This document shows positions 17,251 through 24,000 of a stretch of DNA of 24,000 nt, piece by piece. Numbering within the stretch: the first letter of the stretch is position 1; each line of letters begins with the position of its first letter. The notes under the pieces are model-generated. The model had not been told where the DNA came from. It did not search any database and saw only the letters and a list, made by a program, of their open reading frames with translations. The translations under genes were made by a program, and so were the position numbers. Origin of the DNA: Thermoprotei archaeon (GTDB taxonomy: Archaea > Thermoproteota > Thermoprotei > Thermoproteales > B15-G16); the NCBI GenBank assembly GCA_003649205.1, contig QMRC01000009.1, positions 1 to 24,000 on the forward strand. Direction: 5' to 3'.

Positions 17251-18048
17251 GTGTTGTCATTGTCTACATGGAAGCTCCATAGGTTTATAGGTGAGAAGCT
17301 CCTGGGGTACTCAAATCCTGAAATTGACAAACTGGTAGATTGTGTTACCTTACATGACGTAACTAGATACAATATTGAAGCTCTCGTAAAGGTTGTAGAA
17401 GGTATTGTGTACCCAAGATATGGAGAAATTGGTCTGAAGTACTTCACCCTACATCACTTTCTGGATAGGATAATCGAAATTGAAGTCAAGAAGTACAAAG
17501 ACTACCTCATCTTAAGCTACTACGCTTCTCACATATCAAACTTACCCTTCTCCTTCACTACCTATACTCCTCCCATCTACAGCAGGCCAGAGTACTCTGC
17601 TTGCGGGCTGGTAGAAGATATTATGCTTCGAATTGGTAGGGACCCATGCAACGTATTAACTCTCTTTGTTGCCCGCCCTGAGGAAATTAAGCACATAATC
17701 TACCTTGATTACAGAGGAAGGGTACGTAAGATGAAGCTAACTCGACTAAAGGAAGCTATTGAAAAGCTAAAGCAGCTAGGGTGTTCTCATGGAGATACGG
17801 TCGTGCTGTTAAGAAGAATTATTCGTGAGGTTTTAAGCCTAGTCTGTGGACATATCGTGGCCCTTACGTATCTGACTTTAGTTGACAAGTCGTTCAATGC
17901 GAAGATTCAGAGTAGCTTCATCAAGCACTATCAGCAATACACGCAATATCATGAGCACTTTCGTAGCTCACTACTTCAAGTGCTTTATGCTTTAGCTTCG
18001 TTGTCTGAGAGGGAGATTATGGATGAGTATTGTGGTAAGGATCAGTAG
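17251..18048 (+). CDS. Hypothetical protein
   Basis: 265-aa ORF with ordinary protein-like composition (WKLHRFIGEKLLGYSNPEIDKLVDCVTLHD...). No family recognised with confidence. Confidence 0.5.
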   Translation: MLSLSTWKLHRFIGEKLLGYSNPEIDKLVDCVTLHDVTRYNIEALVKVVEGIVYPRYGEIGLKYFTLHHFLDRIIEIEVKKYKDYLILSYYASHISNLPFSFTTYTPPIYSRPEYSACGLVEDIMLRIGRDPCNVLTLFVARPEEIKHIIYLDYRGRVRKMKLTRLKEAIEKLKQLGCSHGDTVVLLRRIIREVLSLVCGHIVALTYLTLVDKSFNAKIQSSFIKHYQQYTQYHEHFRSSLLQVLYALASLSEREIMDEYCGKDQ

Positions 18049-18566
18049 CTCAGTCTCCTGGAGTACTCTTGAGTTTCACATAAGGACAAGTGAAACTTAC
18101 TGTCTGTAAATACCACGCTCTAGCCACTAAGAGGTAAACTTATCCCCCTTACACACAAGATTAGTAGTAACTTCCTTGAATTGCTTATTTCGAAGATATT
18201 TCTTGGATTAGCTATGGAGCTGAATGTGATTTCTTGGTCGTGCTCTAGTACACAGGAGATTGTCAAGTAGTCAATTGCTATAGCGCTAGTTATCTTGCTT
18301 CCTTTCTTAACTTCACCCTTAGAAATTGACGCAGTCCAAGTAGGGAGTAGTCTTCTACTGAAGTTCTTCACATACCTATGTTGGCTGGAGAATGGAACTG
18401 TGTTTTCACGACAGATTTCAAGTCCTAGGGATGACATTATCAGTACTCTCAGGATAGTAGCTTGCACATACGAAGGCCTTAGTGCTTCCATTAGCTCTTG
18501 CCTCGAATAGGGTATTCTGTTTGAGTTCTTCAGGCACTACATGCGTGTTAGGGAGGTGCTGTGGTT

Positions 18567-18635
<69 letters not shown>

Positions 18636-18646
18636 ACCGTGTCTGT

Positions 18647-18679
18647 ATGCATGTGCAACGTAATGCATATATGCATGTG
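18647..18679. repeat. ATGCAT-based repeat cluster next to the att copy
   Basis: ATGCATGTG at 18647-18655 and again at 18671-18679. Perfect 14-bp palindrome ATGCATATATGCAT at 18663-18676. Confidence 0.6.
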
Positions 18680-18694
18680 ATTCAGGTTGGAATT

Positions 18695-18718
18695 CCTGTT
18701 GGAGTTACTGTTGGAGTT
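18695..18718 (+). repeat. 12-bp tandem direct repeat x2 (CTGTTGGAGTTA / CTGTTGGAGTTC) upstream of the recombinase fragment
   Basis: Read directly: 18695-18706 and 18707-18718 differ only at the last base. Confidence 0.6.
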
Positions 18719-18723
18719 CAGGT

Positions 18724-19287
18724 ATGTGGGGTATTGTGGAGGTGTTGCATGTTATGGATCCTAGCTTAGTGAATATCTCCCTCATTCCTCAGGATGTTAG
18801 GAGGAGGTTGCTTGAGTACGTACTTGCTAAAGGTGTTAGACCTAGTGACCTAGGTTACGATAGGACCTACATCTACAGGGTGAGGAAGGGGTTGAGACCT
18901 GTTACCGATGAGTTGCTTAGAGCTGTACTCAAGTACTTGACAGTTGATGAGTATGTTGAGGTTGTTGGTGAGAAACCACCTGTAGAGGAGGCTACCGTCA
19001 ACGACATAATCAAGGTGATCTCTAAGGCACTTAGAGATCCAGAGTTCAGGAAGATCTTGATCACGTACCTAGAGCGTTACCTAGGTGACTACATTAGGGC
19101 TTGCTCAAGTACGTACACGGTCAGTGAGGAGGATATTGAGTACTTCGTGAAGGTACTTAGGAGTGAAGGTAGGTCGGAGAAGACAATTAGGGAACACCTT
19201 AGGTACCTACGTAGAGCACTCAGCGACTTAGACTTCACACTATCTCCAGAGCCTGTTGAAGATGGCTTTAACCTCCTCGAGGGTTAG
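18724..19287 (+). pseudogene. Tyrosine recombinase/integrase, N-terminal fragment only (HTH-like region plus SAM-like core-binding domain); no catalytic domain
   Basis: VSEEDIEYFVKVLRSEGRSEKTIREHLRYLRRALSDL fits the phage-integrase N-terminal SAM-like pattern. After about residue 177 the ORF reads antisense to the opposing fragment and stops. It lies directly beside the att copy. Confidence 0.6.
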
Positions 19288-19488
19288 TGGTCTGTAGTTT
19301 ACCTTCTCCTGCTCAGGTCTGTACATTCTGAAGCTCTCGTACAGTTGCTTACCTAGGTACGGCTCTCTAGGAGTGATGACTACCTTGATGAACTTCTTAA
19401 GCGCCTTAGTGATGTCCCTAATCACGTACGGACTCTCACCACTGTTAATGAGCCCAGCAACGTACTCCCTAATGTCTTCTGGATACAC
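19240..19488 (-). pseudogene. Second tyrosine recombinase fragment (core-binding domain plus linker), truncated before the catalytic domain
   Basis: EDIREYVAGLINSGESPYVIRDITKALKKFIKVV ... NYRPLTLEEVKAIFN: a SAM-like domain followed by the LT.EEV entry into the catalytic domain, then a stop after NRLWR. The frame is closed 21 nt upstream of its GTG. Confidence 0.55.
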
Positions 19489-19506
19489 ACGCCAGAGAGA
19501 GGAGTT

Positions 19507-20088
19507 ATGTTACTCATGACCAGGCTATACAGCTACCAGGTAGTAATTACGTCGGTAACTGAGATCTTACTAGCAATATACCTACTTAGAGACCTTGGTA
19601 TTAGATTGAGCGACCTATATAGGGATGATGTGAGGAACGTAAGGTGTATTGGGTGGATTGCTCTGCTAGTACTCTTCTGTGAAGGTCTCTTCTTCTTGGA
19701 ATCACTGATCAGTGCTAACCTGTACTATAGTGGTGATGTAGGTAAATACTGGTCATGGTGGTATGACATGATTAAGCACGTACCTCTCTGGGCTAGGTAC
19801 TTCAACGCACTTGCCATACCATTCATATCAGGTGTATGTGAGGAAGTGATTTACAGAGCATATGGAGTAACAGCATTGGAGAAACTGGTAGGATTTAAGA
19901 AGGCAGTAATAATACAGGCAATAGCGTTCGGAGTTTTCCACGTATGGCCACTCCACATATTAATAACATTCACCATAGGACTAGTCTTTGGACTAGTGTA
20001 CGTTAGAAGAAGAAAACTAACAGTACTCACAGTAGCACACACCCTAGTTGACTTAATAGGCTTCTCAACCTTCATAGTACCTAGGTAA
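19507..20088 (+). CDS. CPBP family intramembrane glutamic endopeptidase (CAAX protease / Abi domain)
   Basis: The three CPBP motifs are present: EEVIYRAYG (EExxxR), FGVFHVW (FxxxH) and AHTLVD (HxxxD/N), in a multi-TM 193-aa protein. Confidence 0.8.
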   Translation: MLLMTRLYSYQVVITSVTEILLAIYLLRDLGIRLSDLYRDDVRNVRCIGWIALLVLFCEGLFFLESLISANLYYSGDVGKYWSWWYDMIKHVPLWARYFNALAIPFISGVCEEVIYRAYGVTALEKLVGFKKAVIIQAIAFGVFHVWPLHILITFTIGLVFGLVYVRRRKLTVLTVAHTLVDLIGFSTFIVPR

Positions 20089-20099
20089 GGAGTAGGGAG

Positions 20100-21209
20100 C
20101 TATCTCTTTAATCCCCTCATCGAGAGAATAGGGACCCTACCAAAGAATCCCATAGCAACCTCACTACCTGGTTCTTCAGGAACGAGAATCAACCTAAGAG
20201 CTTTAGGTCTACGAAATCTAGACACTAAAACCGCATAGTCGCGAATTAACATGAAAGTAGCTTCAAACCCCTCACTCATCGATATCGGTACCATATCTAG
20301 ACCAGCAACAGAGATAGAGGAGTAAAACATTAGATCATAAATATTGAGTACACCAGACCTAACGTACTCCTTAAGTACATCATCCTCAGCAAGAGGGAGC
20401 ATCACCTCACAGTAACCAAGACCACCCATGTTCTCAGCAACAGACCTCAAAACCTCATTAAGGAAATGAAGCAAGTAAACACAACCAACACTACCCAACG
20501 GACAACCCCACCACTCAAAAACTCTAGCAACACTCTCACTCAACCAAGGAGAGAGCGAGTAATCAATACCGAAGTGAGGGAAACCAATAGCATTAGCTAA
20601 CCTACTCAAGAACTTCAAAAACCTCTCACCTAACCCCTTAAGGAAACTCTCAAGAGATGAGTAACTAGGTTCAACAAATCGTAAATCACCTGGATAGAGA
20701 AGAGATAGAGAAACAGTATCACGAACATACTTAGTAGCTGGAAAGTACGGAGTTTCATACACATCACCAAACACAATAGCAAATCTCGTACAACCCCGCC
20801 AACCAAGCTCCTCACTAATCCTCCACACAATCTTAGCTACATGAGATAGAGCATCATGAGATAGAGCAAACTCCCACGGAACAAGAACCGAAGTAAAGAA
20901 CTTCTCACTAACAGAAAGACCCTCAACAACCTCACGAACATCAGCACTAGAGAACGAACCCCAGTAAACAGCAAAGTAATCAGCACCCACATCATCACAT
21001 ACCTCAGCTAACCTACTAATCCAATCAACACCACCTAAACCACTAGGAAAGACAACACGATAGGAGAGACACCTAATACCAAACTCACGAACGAACTCAC
21101 GAGCAACATCAATAACCTCACCCAACCTAGACAACAACCTCAAATCACAGTGGAAGCAGAGAGCCCTAATACAGACCATAGAGACCACACCCAAATACTC
21201 AAGGATCAA
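20100..21209 (-). CDS. DUF711 / UPF0210 family protein (short, divergent)
   Basis: Blocks colinear with recalled UPF0210 proteins: CIRALCFH (IRTITL-like), FGIDYSLSPWLSESVARVFEWWG (GIVDLSLAPTP...), GGLGYCEVMLPLAEDDVL (GGLSGAFIPVSEDAGM), SISVAGLDMVPISMS (CSVGLDMIAIPGD), ALRLILVPEEPGSEVAMGFFGRVPIL (AVRLIPV..VGD.VEFGGLLG). The start may instead be Met11 (21179). Confidence 0.65.
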   Translation of the reverse strand: MILEYLGVVSMVCIRALCFHCDLRLLSRLGEVIDVAREFVREFGIRCLSYRVVFPSGLGGVDWISRLAEVCDDVGADYFAVYWGSFSSADVREVVEGLSVSEKFFTSVLVPWEFALSHDALSHVAKIVWRISEELGWRGCTRFAIVFGDVYETPYFPATKYVRDTVSLSLLYPGDLRFVEPSYSSLESFLKGLGERFLKFLSRLANAIGFPHFGIDYSLSPWLSESVARVFEWWGCPLGSVGCVYLLHFLNEVLRSVAENMGGLGYCEVMLPLAEDDVLKEYVRSGVLNIYDLMFYSSISVAGLDMVPISMSEGFEATFMLIRDYAVLVSRFRRPKALRLILVPEEPGSEVAMGFFGRVPILSMRGLKR

Positions 21210-21630
21210 TACCCCTACACTTCATAAACTCAAGAAACCTACCCATAACATTAATAAGTATGTCACACAACGAAGACAACTTCCCATGAATATCAGTAGG
21301 TGAGACATAGACGTAGTTATGAATCAAGATATTACGTAGCTTAACCAACTCAATACATCTACCAACAACATCAGGAGGTAAGACACCATACCTACTCAAG
21401 ATCCTGAAGATGTCAGTATACGACTTAGGAACCTCACAACAGACCCTAGCAACCAAGAACTCACCAACGTCAATCAAGGCCTCAATAGCGACCTCAAGAT
21501 TACGTTCACAAGCATCAACCCTATCCTCACTACTGAGAAACTCCTCAAGAGAAAGCTGGGAAAAGAACCTCAACCTACCAACAGCACGCCAAAACCTCTC
21601 AACTCTAACCCTCACACCTGGAGTAGGCAT
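21199..21630 (-). CDS. hepT: HEPN-domain (DUF86) toxin of an MNT-HEPN pair
   Basis: RxxxxH motif in LVKLRNILIHNYVYV. I place the start at MPTPGVRV (21630); the track extension to 21774 lies inside the MNT gene. Overlaps the MNT 3' end by 26 nt. Confidence 0.75.
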   Translation of the reverse strand: MPTPGVRVRVERFWRAVGRLRFFSQLSLEEFLSSEDRVDACERNLEVAIEALIDVGEFLVARVCCEVPKSYTDIFRILSRYGVLPPDVVGRCIELVKLRNILIHNYVYVSPTDIHGKLSSLCDILINVMGRFLEFMKCRGIDP

Positions 21631-22037
21631 CAAGAACCTCCTCAATAACCCTATTCGAAAACCTCCTAAAAACAGGTTCAAAATCGAGAAACTGATCAAT
21701 AGCATTGAGATAATCATCCCAGAAAACCCCCTCATCCCTACAGAAAACCAACTTACCACAAGAGAAGATCTCATACCTAAGCACAGTATCAGCTAGATCA
21801 ACCGGAATAGCATCTACGTGAACACCAAGAACATCCTCAATAGCAAGACCAATATCCAAAACCCTACTCAAACAATCACCACCACAGTACCTCAACTTAA
21901 TAGCAACATCGACATCACTGTACGGCCTAGCAACACCAAGAGCCCAAGAACCAAAGAGAACAGCATACACAACATCCTCAAACCTAGAACAAACCTCCCT
22001 AATCACAGACACAACACGCTCAAGATCAAGAACCACA
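21605..22037 (-). CDS. mntA: Minimal nucleotidyltransferase (MNT) antitoxin
   Basis: GSxxxGxxxxxSDxD motif: LFGSWALGVARPYSDVDVAI. GTG at 22037 (VVLDLERVV) is preferred. The track start at 22099 would lie 7 nt from the tRNA and run through its putative promoter. Confidence 0.75.
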
Positions 22038-22071
22038 GAGAACCCACCAAAAAGCAGAGAAAGACAAAAAC

Positions 22072-22078
22072 ATAAAAA
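22072..22078 (+). promoter_or_regulatory. TATA-like box (ATAAAAA) upstream of tRNA-Thr
   Basis: Centre is about 32 nt upstream of the mature tRNA 5' end at 22107, compatible with a short leader. Confidence 0.3.
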
Positions 22079-22106
22079 CTCAACCAAAGAACACACCAAC
22101 AGAGAA

Positions 22107-22207
<101 letters not shown>

Positions 22208-22373
22208 CAGGCGTGCAGTTGCTGAACATGTATATGTTGATGAGGATTCATGCAACGTCTCTTAACCCAACCTGAGTTCCTGGACGAGTTCAAAATTGAA
22301 CAGCAATAGAGACGAAGTCGGTAGTCTCGGCACTACAAACCAATAGGAGTGCTGTTCAGAGTTCACAGGGTGA

Positions 22374-22556
22374 TTGGATGTGATTGAGGAGTTTCTTCGG
22401 GAGCTGTTGAGGAGGGGCGCCATAGTACTAGGTACTAGAACGATTGCACGGCAAGGTAAGCGGTACGTCATATACGTGCCTCAGGACCAGAGCACCATAG
22501 CTGAAGCACTTAGAGGTAGCAAGTTCTTACTGGTGCTCATACCGCTAGAAGGATAA
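22374..22556 (+). CDS. Small hypothetical protein (60 aa)
   Basis: ORF MDVIEEFLRELLRRGAIVLGTRTIARQGKRYVIYVPQDQSTIAEALRGSKFLLVLIPLEG, with a TTG start or the GTG at 22380. Small basic protein of the kind common in archaeal extrachromosomal elements; no family recognised. Confidence 0.4.
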   Translation: MDVIEEFLRELLRRGAIVLGTRTIARQGKRYVIYVPQDQSTIAEALRGSKFLLVLIPLEG

Positions 22557-22735
22557 AGAGAGGCGTGAGGGTGAGGGGCTTGGGTACCCGAGGTGTATAT
22601 GGAGACGATACCTTAAAAAGCGTTTATTCGAACTAGCCGAGGTAATTCAAGAGCTTGCTGAAGCACTACTTGAAGGTGATCCTTTAGCAAATGAACTGAG
22701 GCTATGTGCTAGAGAGCTAGCAACCATCCTAAGAG

Positions 22736-23080
22736 GTGTGGGAAATGAAGCAAATGAAACTCAGCAATAACTACCTTAAACGAGCAAATGCTAAGGAGGT
22801 GGCTGAGCATGCCAAGAGCGAGAAACAAGAGAGACCAAGGGTTATCTGGTGCGGACAGGTGATGGCTAGAGATGGGCGAGTATTTAGGTATAGGATACAG
22901 CTAGGAACCAGTAGAAACCTAAGCGCTAACACACTATACCTGCTAATCCAAGAACTGGTGAGGAACGACGATGGTACACAATGGAGCACCATAGCACCGC
23001 CGGTGCGCCTCGACCTTGAGCTCCTACTCAAACTTCACGCCATAATTCACGAGAAGGTGAGAGCCTTGGGATTGAGTTGA
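22736..23080 (+). CDS. Hypothetical protein (element-borne)
   Basis: 114-aa ORF. The start may be ATG 22745 or 22754 rather than GTG 22736. Its stop lies 1 nt before the next start. Confidence 0.45.
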   Translation: MWEMKQMKLSNNYLKRANAKEVAEHAKSEKQERPRVIWCGQVMARDGRVFRYRIQLGTSRNLSANTLYLLIQELVRNDDGTQWSTIAPPVRLDLELLLKLHAIIHEKVRALGLS

Positions 23081-23081
23081 G

Positions 23082-23357
23082 GTGAGTAGGAGAACCAAGC
23101 CCCTATCCTGTCGAGTCTCAGTTGAGGATTTCGAGAGGATATCGAGGATATGCGATGAGCTGGAAATCACTAGGAGTGATTTCGTCAAGCTGGCAATCAT
23201 GAGGTACCTAGCAGATGTACAGGTAGAGAAACCAGAAGTCATGAGGGACCTACTACTAATTAAGTTAGAGCACTTGAGAAGAGAGGAAGAGAAGATATAC
23301 AGAGTATTCAAGATGTTAGTGATGATGAACTTAGGTACAGGGTTGCACCATCTCTAG
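23082..23357 (+). CDS. Ribbon-helix-helix (CopG/Arc/MetJ-type) DNA-binding protein
   Basis: N-terminal RHH pattern: KPLSCRVSVEDFERISRICDELEITRSDFVKLAIMRYL. GTG start. Confidence 0.65.
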   Translation: MSRRTKPLSCRVSVEDFERISRICDELEITRSDFVKLAIMRYLADVQVEKPEVMRDLLLIKLEHLRREEEKIYRVFKMLVMMNLGTGLHHL

Positions 23358-23571
23358 GACTTAGCTATAGCGATATCGCTAGACATGACGTAGTAGCTCA
23401 ATCACCAAGTGGTGAGTTAGTGATTGTTGAGGTTCAGAGGAATGAACAAGTTATTGAAGCTAAAAAGAAAGTTAAGAAAGTAATCATAGTTATTCCAGAT
23501 CTAGGCTCAGGGAAATACGTTGAAGTATGGGGTGAAGAAGAACTTAGAGAATACCTTAGAGGATCTACTTA

Positions 23572-23709
23572 ATGCCTAAGCACATAGTTCATGAGTATTT
23601 AGCTGAGAAGTTCTGTAGATTACCAGCAGACATCATGAAGGACATTAATAACTTCAGAGATGTTATTGGTAAGTGTGAAGAACAATTCAAGCGCTTAATG
23701 CGCCTCTAA
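23572..23709 (+). CDS. Small hypothetical protein (45 aa)
   Basis: Hand-translated as MPKHIVHEYLAEKFCRLPADIMKDINNFRDVIGKCEEQFKRLMRL*. Its ATG overlaps the TAA of the preceding open frame (TAATG). Below the track length cut-off. Confidence 0.35.
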   Translation: MPKHIVHEYLAEKFCRLPADIMKDINNFRDVIGKCEEQFKRLMRL

Positions 23710-23763
23710 GGGCATTTCACAATATTAACAGGATCAGCAGCTCTTAACTTTTCAGTTCAAATC

Positions 23764-23770
23764 TTTATAT
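23764..23770 (+). promoter_or_regulatory. TATA box (TTTATAT) for the glycosyltransferase gene
   Basis: The centre is 27 nt upstream of GTG 23794, consistent with a leaderless transcript. Confidence 0.4.
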
Positions 23771-23793
23771 TGCCCACACTACCTACCAGCTTA

Positions 23794-24000
23794 GTGAAGG
23801 TAAAACTGATCGGTGATTACATGGAGAAGGTAGATGTTGTATTACTTACTTACAATTGCGTAAGCCATTGGCCTGGTAGGAGAGTTCTTGAACTTTGCCT
23901 TCAATCCATAGTAAGTAATATACCGATTAATAAGATCATCATAGTGGATGGTGGTTCTACTGATGGAACTCTAGAAGTTATCTGTAGGTACTTAGATTCT
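23794..24000 (+). CDS. Family 2 glycosyltransferase, N-terminal part (runs off the right edge)
   Basis: Hand translation ...MEKVDVVLLTYNCVSHWPGRRVLELCLQSIVSNIPINKIIIVDGGSTDGTLEVICRYL matches the GT2 N-terminal pattern (V.LTYN ... IIVDGGSTDGT). Start is GTG 23794 or ATG 23821. Confidence 0.7.
   Translation, partial: MKVKLIGDYMEKVDVVLLTYNCVSHWPGRRVLELCLQSIVSNIPINKIIIVDGGSTDGTLEVICRYLDS

Larger units (their letters stand above)
22208..23709. mobile_element. Probable arm of an integrated plasmid/virus-like element downstream of tRNA-Thr (extent to the right unknown)
   Basis: Begins at the outer edge of the att repeat. Dense small ORFs with coupled or overlapping starts (TGA-n-GTG at 23080/23082, TAATG at 23570-23574), an RHH regulator, and protein-like frames without start codons. 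No integrase catalytic domain in the window. Confidence 0.45.

Noticed and set aside
18073-18096. 7-bp perfect hairpin GTTTCAC-N10-GTGAAAC 25 nt after the 17251-18048 stop, considered as a terminator
   Set aside because: No oligo-T tract follows, and a single short hairpin is within chance expectation.
18120-18491. 123-aa minus-strand ORF (and overlapping plus ORF 18295-18510) left of the att copy
   Set aside because: No motifs, mutually overlapping alternatives and unconvincing composition. The region may be non-coding flank or decayed sequence, so I cannot support a gene call.
21631-22099. Long upstream extensions of the HEPN ORF (to 21774) and the MNT ORF (to 22099)
   Set aside because: The HEPN extension lies inside the MNT coding region in another frame. 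The MNT extension translates the A-rich tRNA promoter region and would start 7 nt from the tRNA. Internal starts give canonical domain lengths.
22262-22471. 69-aa minus-strand ORF just downstream of the tRNA
   Set aside because: It overlaps the more plausible plus-strand 22374-22556 ORF and has a Ser/Pro/Leu-rich low-complexity translation.

Overview
Archaeal chromosomal window, crenarchaeote-like and hyperthermophile-style: TATA-like boxes about 27 nt upstream of starts, C/D-box sRNAs, wtpABC, and an Mrp/MinD-type HypB partner of hypA. The left two thirds is ordinary core genome: thiC, a class-I methyltransferase, hypA plus the Mrp/MinD ATPase, a SWIM zinc-finger protein, two radical-SAM enzymes, an M29 aminopeptidase, a DUF362 protein, the wtpABC tungstate/molybdate transporter and an ArsB/NhaD-type permease. 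Interspersed are two C/D-box sRNAs (one has both guides complementary to neighbouring conserved 16S rRNA segments), a GC-rich nested hairpin, and two disrupted genes: a nucleoside phosphorylase broken by a +1 shift exactly at a TAA, and a multiply disrupted ABC ATPase. The right part (about 18.5-23.7 kb) is an accessory locus around tRNA-Thr(CGU). The 3' half of the tRNA plus 24 nt of flank (69 bp) occurs twice as a perfect inverted repeat bracketing 3.5 kb. That segment holds two convergent truncated tyrosine-recombinase fragments, a CPBP/Abi-type intramembrane protease, and a compositionally extreme MNT-HEPN-DUF711 block. Downstream of the tRNA is a cluster of small, tightly coupled ORFs (RHH regulator and others) typical of an integrated plasmid or virus arm. 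I saw no CRISPR array, rRNA gene or transposase. All functional calls rest on motif recognition by eye; no searches were run.
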